This document shows, piece by piece, positions 1 through 8,912 of a DNA stretch of 55,579 nucleotides. Under the pieces are notes generated by a model that saw only the letters and a list, made by a program, of their open reading frames with translations, was not told the origin of the DNA and did no database searches. A program made the position numbers and the translations under genes. Origin of the DNA: Chloroflexota bacterium (GTDB lineage Bacteria > Chloroflexota > Limnocylindria > Limnocylindrales > CSP1-4); NCBI GenBank assembly GCA_005889475.1, contig VBGT01000029.1, forward strand, positions 4,711 through 60,289, read 5' to 3'. Numbering within the stretch: position 1 is the stretch's first letter; every line of letters begins with the position of its first letter.

Positions 1-1427
1 ATCCAATCGAGGAGCTCCGACTCATCCGCGTGGGCCGAGAAGCCGCTGATCGACCGGATGCGGCAGCGCACCTCGTGCGCCCGGCCATCGAGGCGAACGG
101 TGCGCGCACCGGCCTGCAGGTGCGCGCCGAGCGTTCCCTGGCCCTGGTAGCCGACGAACAGGATCGTGGCGCCGGGATCGCCGATGAGGTTGCGGAGGTG
201 CGCGACGACGCGGCCGCCGGTCAGCATCCCGTTCGAGGCCACGATCATGTACGGCCGGGGCGCCGTGGCGATCGCCTTCGAGGCCTCGACCGCGCGCGTG
301 ATCGTCTGCTTCGGATAGTCCAGCGGCGACTCGCCCGCCTTGAGCAGCTCGGCGGTCTCGGCGTCGTAGAACTCGGGGTGGCGGCGGTAGACGTCGGACG
401 CGCGGGAGGCCATCGGCGAGTCGAGGTACAGCGGGAGCAGCGGGATCTCGCCCTTGTCGATGAGCCGGTCCAGCTCCCAGACGATCTCCTGGGTGCGCCC
501 GATGGCGAATGACGGGATCAGCAGCACGCCGCCCGCGTCGCTGGTCACGCGAACCGCCTCGGCGAGCATACGCACGCCCTCTGCGGTCGGCTCGTGCTCG
601 CGGCCACCGTAGGTCGACTCCACGAGGACGTAGTCGGCCTCGGTCAGCACGGTCGGGTCGTTGAGGATCGGCGTGTCCGGGCGGCCCAGGTCGCCCGAGA
701 ACACGATGGTCGTCGGCGGGGCGCCTTCGGCCTCGCGGACCTCGACACGGATCATCGCCGAGCCGAGGATGTGGCCCGCGTCGAGGAACGTGGCGAGGAC
801 GCCCGGCGCGACCTCGACCTGGTGCTCGTACTTGACGCTCTGGAACCGGGGCATCACGAGCTGCGCGTCGGCCTCGGTATAGAGCGGGCGATCGAGGTCC
901 GCCTCGACGTTCGGCGGCTGCTGGCGCAGCTCCACCTCGGGATCGAAGACCGCCGGCGGCGGATCGGGCTCGATGGTCGTCGGGACGTGGCCCTCCTCCT
1001 CGGCGTTGCGGGCTTCCGCGACCGCGGCGTCGTATTCCTGCTCCGAGCCCTTGTCCGCGGCGACTGCCTCGACCGGGTGGCGCCGCTCCCAGCGGGTGTG
1101 GCGCTCGGCGAACTCCTCCTGCAGCCGGCCGCTGTCGAGCAGGACGATCTCGACCAGCTCGGCCGTCGCCGTGGTCAGGAAGATGGGCCCCTTGAAGCCC
1201 TCGCGCACGACCACCGGCAGGTACCCGCAGTGGTCGAGGTGCGCATGAGTGACGAGGATGGCATCCACGGTTGTCGGGTCGAAGCCCATCGGCACGCGGT
1301 TCCGGACCACCTCGTTGGGGCTGCCCTGGAACATGCCGCAGTCGATGAGGACGCGGGCGCGGGCCGTCGTGAGGAGGAAGCGCGACCCGGTGACGGTGCT
1401 CGCGGCACCGAGGAACGAGATGTGCAT
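1..1427 (-). CDS. MBL-fold beta-CASP family hydrolase (RNA-metabolising metallo-beta-lactamase type); C-terminus lies beyond the window start
   Basis: Absent from the ORF track because there is no stop inside the window. My reverse translation from the ATG at 1427 reads MHISFLGAASTVTGSRFLLTTARARVLIDCGMFQG...ILVTHAHLDHCGYLP (HxHxDH)...FSGDLGR...VESTYGG...SGFSAHADESELLDW (beta-CASP motif C). The frame stays open to base 1. Confidence 0.8.
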   Translation of the reverse strand, partial: MHISFLGAASTVTGSRFLLTTARARVLIDCGMFQGSPNEVVRNRVPMGFDPTTVDAILVTHAHLDHCGYLPVVVREGFKGPIFLTTATAELVEIVLLDSGRLQEEFAERHTRWERRHPVEAVAADKGSEQEYDAAVAEARNAEEEGHVPTTIEPDPPPAVFDPEVELRQQPPNVEADLDRPLYTEADAQLVMPRFQSVKYEHQVEVAPGVLATFLDAGHILGSAMIRVEVREAEGAPPTTIVFSGDLGRPDTPILNDPTVLTEADYVLVESTYGGREHEPTAEGVRMLAEAVRVTSDAGGVLLIPSFAIGRTQEIVWELDRLIDKGEIPLLPLYLDSPMASRASDVYRRHPEFYDAETAELLKAGESPLDYPKQTITRAVEASKAIATAPRPYMIVASNGMLTGGRVVAHLRNLIGDPGATILFVGYQGQGTLGAHLQAGARTVRLDGRAHEVRCRIRSISGFSAHADESELLDW

Positions 1428-1464
1428 CCGGGTCAGGATGCCGCCAGGAACGCGGGGACGCGGA

Positions 1465-3375
1465 TCATGGGATGTGGATGACCGTGTCGAGCGCGACGGC
1501 GGCGAAGAGGAGCGCGAGGTAGCTGATCGAGTAGCGATAGAGGCGGATCGCCTGGGCGGTCGACGCCTCCGGCGAGGTGCCCTGGCGCCAGAGCACGAAG
1601 GCGCGCCACAGGAACAGCGCGCCGAGGACTGCCGCGGCCACCACGTAGATCGGGCCCATGTTCGCGACGAGGGCGAAGATCACCGTCAGCACGACCAGGA
1701 GGATCGTGTACAACCCGATCTGGCGGCTCGTCTCGGCGATGCCGCGCACGACCGGGAGCATCGGCACGCCGGCCGCCGCGTAGTCGCCGCGGATGCGCAG
1801 CGCGAGCGCCCAGAAGTGGGGCGGCGTCCAGTAGAAAACGACCAGGAACAGCAGCAGGGCCGGCAAGCCGACGTTGCCGGTCACGGCGGCCCAGCCGATC
1901 ACCGGCGGGAGCGCGCCCGCCGCGCCGCCGATCACGATGTTCTGGGGCGTGCTGCGCTTGAGGAACACCGTGTACACGACGACGTAGAAGCCGATCGCAA
2001 GCAGCGTCAGGAACGCCGCGAGCACGTTGACGGTCCACGCCATCAGCGCCACCGAGATCGCCCCGAGGACGATGCCGAACGCGACCGCGCGCTCCGGCGT
2101 CACGGCGTGCGCCGGCAGCGGCCGGCGGCGGGTTCGGGCCATCCGCTCGTCGATGTCGCGCTCGAGGTACTGGTTGATCGCGTTGGCGGATCCAGCAGCG
2201 AGCGTGCCGCAGACGAGGGTCCAGAACGTGAGCCTCGCCCAGTCGATGATGGGCAGGCCCGGCACCTCGCGCGTCGCGAGCACCATGGCCGGGACGGTCG
2301 TGACGAGCAGCAGCTCGATGATCCGCGGCTTGGTCAGGGCGACGTAGGCGCGCACCTGCTCAGAGCGGGAGGAGCGCGGGCCGGACCCGGCCTCCGTCGC
2401 CGCGCCCTCGACGGGAGCGGCGATTCTCGCCTCGTAGTAGGCCGTAACGGCAAGCGCGACGCTCCCACCCCAGACGAGCGCGCCGAGAGCCACGTGCAGC
2501 GTCTGGGTCCACGGAGCGAGCAGCGTCGCGATCTGCAGCGCGCCCACGATGACCTGCACGAGGTACACCGCGAGCACGCCGATCGCGAGCCGGGCCAGGC
2601 GAAGTTGCTCTGATCGGCGCCGCCAGGCGACCGAGGCCACGGCGGCGAGAATGACGAGGACGATCGCGGCCACGTACCGGTGCAGCGCATGCGCCCCGTA
2701 CAGCCCGGCCAGGTCCGCCCGGCCCTCTGGCGCGATCGGGACGAGCGTCCCGTTCATCAGCGGCCAATCGGGGAAGACGAGCCCCGCGTCTCGCGCCGTG
2801 ACATTCGTACCGAAGAGCAGCACGCCGAAGACTGCGGCCGCGGCAAACGAGGCGAGGAGGGTGAACCGCTGGCTGCCACCGCCGGCGAGGCGGGCCGGGT
2901 AGGACGCCCGGACGAGCAGGTACACGAGCAGACCGACGAGGGCCATCGCCGCGGCGAGGTGCGCCGTCACCGACTCGCCGGTGTTGCCGAGCTGGACCGT
3001 CCGCGCACCGAGCCACGCCTGGAAGCCAACCAACAGCACAGCGGCAAGCGACGGCCAGACGATCGACGGGCGGTCGCGGTGGTCGAGGACCGCAAGCGCG
3101 GCCATGGCCACGATGAGCAGGCCGATCAGCGCGGCCACGGCTCGGTGGAGCCACTCGATCCAGACGTGGTAGTCGCTGCCGAGACTCGGCAGGAACTGGC
3201 CCTCGAAGCAACCCGGCCAGTGCGGGCAGGCGAGCCCCGAGTCCGTGGCGCGGACGCCCACGCCGATCACGACGAGCAGGAACGCTGCGGCGACGGTCGC
3301 GGCGGCGAGCCGCTGGAAGCGGGTCAATCGTCCTCCGGGGGTGCGATCGCGGATTCTAGCCGTCGGCGCCGTCAA
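1465..3375 (-). CDS. ctaA-ctaB: Fused heme A synthase (CtaA/COX15, N-terminal half) and protoheme IX farnesyltransferase (CtaB/COX10, C-terminal half)
   Basis: 636-aa ORF. The N-terminal part has RATDSGLACPHWPGCFEG plus multiple TM helices with His pairs (CtaA type). The C-terminal part has YVALTKPRIIELLLVTT, NQYLERDIDERMARTRRRPLP and FYWTPPHFWALAL (UbiA-type CtaB). The start may be a downstream TTG, because the divergent neighbour starts only 26 nt away. Confidence 0.85.
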   Translation of the reverse strand: MTAPTARIRDRTPGGRLTRFQRLAAATVAAAFLLVVIGVGVRATDSGLACPHWPGCFEGQFLPSLGSDYHVWIEWLHRAVAALIGLLIVAMAALAVLDHRDRPSIVWPSLAAVLLVGFQAWLGARTVQLGNTGESVTAHLAAAMALVGLLVYLLVRASYPARLAGGGSQRFTLLASFAAAAVFGVLLFGTNVTARDAGLVFPDWPLMNGTLVPIAPEGRADLAGLYGAHALHRYVAAIVLVILAAVASVAWRRRSEQLRLARLAIGVLAVYLVQVIVGALQIATLLAPWTQTLHVALGALVWGGSVALAVTAYYEARIAAPVEGAATEAGSGPRSSRSEQVRAYVALTKPRIIELLLVTTVPAMVLATREVPGLPIIDWARLTFWTLVCGTLAAGSANAINQYLERDIDERMARTRRRPLPAHAVTPERAVAFGIVLGAISVALMAWTVNVLAAFLTLLAIGFYVVVYTVFLKRSTPQNIVIGGAAGALPPVIGWAAVTGNVGLPALLLFLVVFYWTPPHFWALALRIRGDYAAAGVPMLPVVRGIAETSRQIGLYTILLVVLTVIFALVANMGPIYVVAAAVLGALFLWRAFVLWRQGTSPEASTAQAIRLYRYSISYLALLFAAVALDTVIHIP

Positions 3376-3401
3376 ACACGGACCGGGGCTACCCTGCCGC
3401 C

Positions 3402-4391
3402 ATGCCCCGGAACTCCCTCCCTCGGCCGACCGCGCTCGCCGCGGTCGGCATGGGGCTGGCGCTGGCCCTGGTCGGTTGCGGACCTGGCGGTTCGACCGGT
3501 AGTACCGCTCCCTCGGAATCCACAGCCTGCGCGACCGCGCCGACGCCGCCCGACGACCTCGCTGGCTGGGGTCCGCCGGCCACTGCGCCGACCGTGGTGC
3601 CCCTCCTGATCAACGACCCGGTCGTCTGCGGACCCAACCGAATCCTGTTCTCGGTCCTCGATCCGGCGGGCACGCCGATCGCGGCGCCCGACCGGACGAC
3701 GTCGGTCGCCTTCTACGACCTCGGCCGCGACCCATCGAAACCGATCACGAAGTTCGATGGCACCTTCGTCTGGGCGATCGAGAACGTTCGCGGCATCTAC
3801 GTCGGCTACGCGTCCTTCCCGGAGGCCGGCCGGTTCGGCGCCGAGTTCACGACCGCTGCCGCGGGGGGAGCGCCGGTGACCATCCGCCTCACCTTCGACG
3901 TCCAGCCCAGCTCCCCCGTCGTCAAGGTCGGCGACCACGCACCCGCCTCGAAGACGCCGACCCTCGCCGACGCCGGTGGCGACGCGAGCCATATCTCGAC
4001 GGACGCGAACCCGGATCCGGCCTTCTACAAGACGTCGGTCGACCAGGCGCTCGCGAAGCACGTGCCGTTCGTGGTGATCTTTGCGACGCCCAAGTTCTGC
4101 ACCACGGCGCAGTGCGGCCCGACCCTCGACCGGATCAAGCCCTTCGTCACGAAGTACCCGGGCGTCACCTTCATCAACGTCGAGCCGTACAGGCTGAAGC
4201 TCGTCGACGGCCTCCTGCAGGCCGACACCGACGCCAGCGGACAGCTCCAGCCGACGACCGTCACCGACGAGTGGCACCTCGTGCACGAGCCCAGCGTGTA
4301 CGTCGTCGACCGCGACGGGATCGTCACGGCGAACTTCGAGCTGATCTTCTCTGTTGCCGAGCTGAGCGCGGCGCTCGAGGCGGTCAAGTAG
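3402..4391 (+). CDS. Lipoprotein with a C-terminal thioredoxin-fold, Sco1/SenC-like domain (candidate copper chaperone)
   Basis: Signal peptide plus lipobox LALVGCG. C-terminal FVVIFATPKFCTTAQCGP (Cys pair, CxxxxC) is followed about 70 aa later by WHLVHEPSVYVVDRDG, which resembles the Sco CxxxC...H / YLvDpdG pattern. It is divergent from ctaA-ctaB. Confidence 0.55.
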   Translation: MPRNSLPRPTALAAVGMGLALALVGCGPGGSTGSTAPSESTACATAPTPPDDLAGWGPPATAPTVVPLLINDPVVCGPNRILFSVLDPAGTPIAAPDRTTSVAFYDLGRDPSKPITKFDGTFVWAIENVRGIYVGYASFPEAGRFGAEFTTAAAGGAPVTIRLTFDVQPSSPVVKVGDHAPASKTPTLADAGGDASHISTDANPDPAFYKTSVDQALAKHVPFVVIFATPKFCTTAQCGPTLDRIKPFVTKYPGVTFINVEPYRLKLVDGLLQADTDASGQLQPTTVTDEWHLVHEPSVYVVDRDGIVTANFELIFSVAELSAALEAVK

Positions 4392-4406
4392 CCGAGATCG
4401 CGGCGG

Positions 4407-4841
4407 TCAGGACGGCGCCGGGCTCGGCACGGCGTCCTCGAGGCGGTACACGAAGGGCTTCCCGCCCTGGCGCAGGTAGTAGGCCCGGACCGGCACCCCG
4501 GTGGCCTCGTGCGTCGCCAAATGGCTCGGTGAGAACTGTTGCGCGTTCTCGAGCACGCCCATCTCGAGGGTCACGGTCTGTCCGTTCGGCATGAGCAGGT
4601 CGAAGTCGTTGACGACACCGAGGCTCGGCGAATCGATGCGAACGACGACGCCGACGACGGGCGACGGCGGGATCGGACCCGGTGTCGGGGGCCGAGCGGT
4701 GCAGGCGCATGCGGCGTTGACCAGCACGAGATAGACCACCAGCCCGACCGTAACGACAAGCAGGCCGAGGACCGGCAGCACGATCCGAAGCGGGCGGCGA
4801 CGTCTCGGTGGAACAGAGCCGATCGAGGCCCGCGCGGTCAC
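4407..4841 (-). CDS. Membrane-anchored hypothetical protein
   Basis: One TM helix (LRIVLPVLGLLVVTVGLVVYLVLV) followed by a soluble domain. I prefer the GTG at 4841 because it forms a GTGA overlap with the pyrE stop. The ORF track extends to 4904. Confidence 0.5.
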   Translation of the reverse strand: MTARASIGSVPPRRRRPLRIVLPVLGLLVVTVGLVVYLVLVNAACACTARPPTPGPIPPSPVVGVVVRIDSPSLGVVNDFDLLMPNGQTVTLEMGVLENAQQFSPSHLATHEATGVPVRAYYLRQGGKPFVYRLEDAVPSPAPS

Positions 4842-5518
4842 GACGCGGCGGCGCCCGTGCTCCCCGGCGCGTAGATCGGGGCGCCCTCGGCGCACAGCGG
4901 GCACGAGTCAGGCCCGGGCTCGAAGGTTGGCAGCTCGAGGATCCACAGCGCGCTCAGCGCGTAGCGTCGGCCGGTCGCAGGCGAGGCGAGCGTGCTCATT
5001 CCGCCCGAGCGATCGACCAGGACGGCGCATTCGACGATCTCGCCTCCGGCCGCCTCGACCGCCGGGATCATGGCCAGCAGCGAGCCGCCGGTGGTCAGGA
5101 TGTCGTCGACGAGGAGCACTCGCTCGCCGGGCTCGATCCTGAAGCCGCGCCGGAACTCACGCCGGGGATGGCCGCCGGTGTGGACCTCCTCAGCGAAGAT
5201 CGCACGGGTACCGAGCTGGCGTCCGGTCTCGAAGGCGAGGATCACGCCGCCCGTCGTGGGGCCGGCGACGAGGTCGACGAGCGGCCGATCCCCGGCGCCA
5301 TCGGTGCCGTACCGACCGGCCCAGAACCCACACAGCTCACTCGTCGCGGCCGGATCGGACAGGACCGCGAACTTCTCGAGGTAGGCGCTCGAGTGGCGCC
5401 CGCTCTTGAGCAGGAAGTGGCCGTCGCGCAGCGCGCCGGAGCTGCGGAACAGGGCCTCCGTTCGCGCCGCGATGGCCGCCCGCGCCGTTGCCTCCAGCCC
5501 CGGCTTGATCGTGGTCAT
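4838..5518 (-). CDS. pyrE: Orotate phosphoribosyltransferase
   Basis: C-terminal 226 aa of the 673-aa track ORF, starting MTTIKPGLEATARAAI. PRPP-binding motif RVLLVDDILTTGGS; FLLKSGRHSSAYLEKF is typical of PyrE. The ATG at 5518 was verified in the sequence. Confidence 0.85.
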   Translation of the reverse strand: MTTIKPGLEATARAAIAARTEALFRSSGALRDGHFLLKSGRHSSAYLEKFAVLSDPAATSELCGFWAGRYGTDGAGDRPLVDLVAGPTTGGVILAFETGRQLGTRAIFAEEVHTGGHPRREFRRGFRIEPGERVLLVDDILTTGGSLLAMIPAVEAAGGEIVECAVLVDRSGGMSTLASPATGRRYALSALWILELPTFEPGPDSCPLCAEGAPIYAPGSTGAAAS

Positions 5519-5571
5519 CTGCCCCCGAGTGTAGGCGGGGGCCGACGACCGTTCGATGTTCCGGCCCCTGG

Positions 5572-6546
5572 CTAGGCGCCGCCCTCGGCCGCCGGCTCGA
5601 CCGGGGCGTCGCCGCCCGGACCAGCTCGGCGAAGGCGCCGTGCGACGAGAAGCAGGGTGCCTCCGACGATCGTCGTGGCCAGGAGGATCGGCAGCCAAAC
5701 GATCCCGAACCAGATCCCGGCCGTGGCCACGTCCTGGAGCACATTCACCAGGCTGGCCGACGCGCGTTCCGCCTCGGCGCCGGGGTCGAACCGGGCCTGC
5801 TGCTCGGCGAGCACAGGTTCCGGCTTCATCGAGAACGTCACCGCCAGCGTCGACAACGCCGCCTGCTCTTCGAGGTGCGTTTTCTGCGCGGTCAGCTCCT
5901 CGATCTGGCCGCGGACATTGGTCAGCTCCCCCTGGACGGACAGCACGTCCTTGATCGTGCCGGCGCGATCCATGATCGCCTGGAGCGCTCGTTCCGTCGC
6001 CCCCAGGTTGCGGATGCGCGCACCGAGGTCGACAACCTGACCGGTCACGTCCTGGGTCTCGGAGTGTTCGGCCAGGACCCGGACGGCGAGGCCGCGCAGC
6101 CGGACGAACGCCTCTTCCCACTTCGGGGCCGGGACGCGGAACGTGATCGTCGCCGCGAGGCGGTCCCCGTCGCCGGTACGGTCCGAGCCGCTGGCGTAGC
6201 CACCGAGCGAGGAGACCAGGTTGGTCGCGTCGGCGAGGGCGGGATCGATGGCCGACACCTGCAGCGTCAGCGAGCCGGTCTTGATGATGAGGAGGTCCGA
6301 TCGGTCGACCGAGTAGAGCGGAACGTCGGGCGCCTCGGCGACCGGATCCTCGGGAACCTGGCCGGCCCCGGGCTCCTGCGGAGGCACCTCGTACCCCCCG
6401 TCGGGCGGGCCCACAGCGGCGCCGACGGTCGACAGGATCGGGGCGACCCTGGTGCCAAGGGTCGCGAAAGCGAGCCCGCCCAGCAGCACCAGCGCGACGA
6501 CCACGCCGATCGCGCGCCAGTTGGGACCTTCGTCGTCGAGCGTCAT
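5572..6546 (-). CDS. DUF4349-like membrane protein (paralog 1)
   Basis: N-terminal TM, LIIKTGSLTLQV, a coiled-coil segment (VVDLGARIRNLGATERALQAIMDRAGTIKDVLSVQGELTNVRGQIEEL) and a C-terminal TM (GIWFGIVWLPILL). It matches the architecture I associate with DUF4349. The start is either the MTLDDEG ATG at 6546 (GAGG upstream) or 6612. Confidence 0.65.
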   Translation of the reverse strand: MTLDDEGPNWRAIGVVVALVLLGGLAFATLGTRVAPILSTVGAAVGPPDGGYEVPPQEPGAGQVPEDPVAEAPDVPLYSVDRSDLLIIKTGSLTLQVSAIDPALADATNLVSSLGGYASGSDRTGDGDRLAATITFRVPAPKWEEAFVRLRGLAVRVLAEHSETQDVTGQVVDLGARIRNLGATERALQAIMDRAGTIKDVLSVQGELTNVRGQIEELTAQKTHLEEQAALSTLAVTFSMKPEPVLAEQQARFDPGAEAERASASLVNVLQDVATAGIWFGIVWLPILLATTIVGGTLLLVARRLRRAGPGGDAPVEPAAEGGA

Positions 6547-6695
6547 CGTGGCCAACCTCGAGGTGGAAGTCTCGGCAAGAAAACCATCCACCCCGAACCG
6601 GGCACGCGCCATCGGCGACGTCCCGCAGCGAGGGCTGCGGGGAATCCCGCAAGAATCGCGCCCGATCGCTGTTCAGCGATCGGGCGCGTGAGTTC

Positions 6696-7640
6696 TCAGG
6701 CCGCGCTCCCGGCCTCCGGGGCCACGGGCGGCGTGTCGTCGCCCGGACCAGCGCGGCGGAAACGGCGCGAGACCACGAGCACGACGCCGGCAACGATCCC
6801 GAAGAAGAGGAGGATGGGCAGCCAGACGATCCCGAACCAGATGCCGGCCGTGGCCACACCCTGGAGGACGCTGACCAGGCTCGCGGACGCCTGCTCCGCC
6901 TCGGCGGCCGGGTCGAATCCCTGCTGCTCGGTGCGGACCGGGTTCGGCTTCAGGGAGAACGTCACCGTGAGGGTGGACATCGCGGCCTGTTCCACGAGGT
7001 GGCCCTTCTCCGCAGTCATCTCCTCGATCTGGCCCCGAACCTTGGTCAGCTCGGCCTGCACGGACAGCACGTCCTTGATCTCCGTCGCGCGATCCATGAT
7101 CGCCTGGAGGGCGCGCTCGGTCGCCTCGAGGTTCTTGATCCGAGCGCCGAGGTCGACGACCTGGCCCGTCACGTCCTCGGTGGACGATCGTTCGGTGAGC
7201 ACCTTGTCGGCGAGGCCGCGCAGGGCGGCGAGCGCCTCGTCCCAGCGAGCCGCCGGGATGCGGAAGGTGATGCTCGCCGAGGCGTTCTCGCCGTCCCCGG
7301 ACCGATCCGAGCCGCTGACGTAGCCGCCAAGCCCGTCGACCTTCTGGGTCGCCGCCGTCACGGCTGCATCGAGGCCGGTGACCTGCAGCGAGAGCGCGCC
7401 GGTTTTGATGATCAGCGGGTCCGCCGGCGCGGCGGGGGGCTGGTTGCCCGAGCCGTTCTGGTCGCCTTCGACGGGCCCTCGAGCGGCGTCCCCCGTGGCC
7501 ACTCCAGGTGCGGCGGTCGCCCCTGGCGCACCAACCCCCTGGAGTGCGGCTCCGGAGCAACCGATCGCAAACAATCCGATCAGGAAGATCGCCACGACGG
7601 CCGGCCCTCGCACGCCGAGCCGTCGAACAGTGGACAGCAT
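6696..7640 (-). CDS. DUF4349-like lipoprotein (paralog 2)
   Basis: Lipobox LFAIGCSG, then the same domain order as 5572-6546, with near-identical blocks (VVDLGARIKNLEATERALQAIMDRATEIKDVLSVQAELTKVRGQIEEM; GIWFGIVWLPILL). Confidence 0.7.
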   Translation of the reverse strand: MLSTVRRLGVRGPAVVAIFLIGLFAIGCSGAALQGVGAPGATAAPGVATGDAARGPVEGDQNGSGNQPPAAPADPLIIKTGALSLQVTGLDAAVTAATQKVDGLGGYVSGSDRSGDGENASASITFRIPAARWDEALAALRGLADKVLTERSSTEDVTGQVVDLGARIKNLEATERALQAIMDRATEIKDVLSVQAELTKVRGQIEEMTAEKGHLVEQAAMSTLTVTFSLKPNPVRTEQQGFDPAAEAEQASASLVSVLQGVATAGIWFGIVWLPILLFFGIVAGVVLVVSRRFRRAGPGDDTPPVAPEAGSAA

Positions 7641-7739
7641 CGCGGTGCTCCTCTCTCAGTCGGGCGCGAAGGCGCACCGACGGCGCCCCGACGGCGGCAC
7701 GATAGCAATGGTTCCCAAGCGCTCTGGGCGGAGCCCACG

Positions 7740-8912
7740 TCAGGGCCGGTATTCGACACCCTTCGACGACGGCGGGCCGGCACGCTTCGGGAGGGCGGTG
7801 CCGATCAACGGCGCATGGCGATCGAGCCCTCGGCGCCGGCATTCGGCAGCGAGTTCTTCGACGAGGCGAGCCGGCAGGGTCGGGTCGGCGAAGATGGCCG
7901 TCCCGACCTGGACCGCCACGGCACCGACGGCGAGGTAGTCGAGCACGTCGGCGAGCTCCGTCACGCCCCCGATCGCGATGACCGGGATGTCGACGACCTG
8001 GCTGACCTCGTACACGATCCGCAGCGCGACGGGCTTGATCGCCGGGCCGGACAGGCCGCCGTAGATGTTGCCGAGCAGGGGCCGTTCGCGCCCCGTCGCG
8101 ACCGCGATTCCGGACAGCGTGTTGATGGCGGTGAGGGCGTCCGCGCCCGCGTCCGCGATGGCTCGCGCGATCGGGCGCACGTCAGCGACGTTCGGCGAGA
8201 GCTTGACCAGGAGCGGCAGCTCGGTGGCCCGGCGGACGGCCGCGGTGACGGCGCCCGCGGCCTCGGCATCGATTGCGAACTGGATGCCGCCCTTGCCGAC
8301 GTTCGGGCAGCTGATGTTGAGCTCGATACCCGCGACGCCGGGCACGCCGTCGAGGCGGCGAGCGACCTCGGTGAAGTCGGCGATCGACTCGCCGGCGACG
8401 TTCACGATCACCGGCACGCGCCAGCGCGACCACGTCGAGGCGTACTTGTCGATGACCGCGTCGACGCCCGGGTTCTGGAGCCCGATCGAGTTGAGCATCC
8501 CGCCCGGCGTCTCGGTGACGCGCGGCGTCGGGTTGCCGACGCGCGGCCGGAGCGTCGTGCCCTTGCAGCAGATGGCGCCGAGCCGCTGCACATCGACCAC
8601 GTCGCCGTATTCGACGCCGTAGCCGAACGTGCCCGAGGCGACGAGGATTGGGTTTGCCAGCACCAGGCCACGCCCGAGGTCGACCGACAGGTCGACCGCC
8701 TGATCCGTGGCCGGCCGGTTGCCGTCGCGCCCGGCGGTCGGTGGCGACACCTGCCGCTGCGTGGCTCCATTTCCGCCCTGCGTCGGTGCGACCGGCGCGG
8801 GCGGCAGGACCCGGCGCGTCGCCGGCAGGATCGCGGACTTGATGCGCCGCACCGTCGGGCGGCGCTTCGCGGGCGCGGCTCGCGAGGTCACGACTCGGCG
8901 CCTTGCCTTCAC
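7740..8912 (-). CDS. pyrD: Dihydroorotate dehydrogenase, class 1B catalytic subunit, with an apparent basic N-terminal extension
   Basis: LANPILVASGTFGYG, GMLNSIGLQNPG, IELNISCPNV, LVKLSPNV, GGLSGPAIKP, VIAIGGV. The proposed GTG at 8912 forms a GTGA overlap with the pyrK stop. The true start could lie further downstream. Confidence 0.85.
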   Translation of the reverse strand: MKARRRVVTSRAAPAKRRPTVRRIKSAILPATRRVLPPAPVAPTQGGNGATQRQVSPPTAGRDGNRPATDQAVDLSVDLGRGLVLANPILVASGTFGYGVEYGDVVDVQRLGAICCKGTTLRPRVGNPTPRVTETPGGMLNSIGLQNPGVDAVIDKYASTWSRWRVPVIVNVAGESIADFTEVARRLDGVPGVAGIELNISCPNVGKGGIQFAIDAEAAGAVTAAVRRATELPLLVKLSPNVADVRPIARAIADAGADALTAINTLSGIAVATGRERPLLGNIYGGLSGPAIKPVALRIVYEVSQVVDIPVIAIGGVTELADVLDYLAVGAVAVQVGTAIFADPTLPARLVEELAAECRRRGLDRHAPLIGTALPKRAGPPSSKGVEYRP

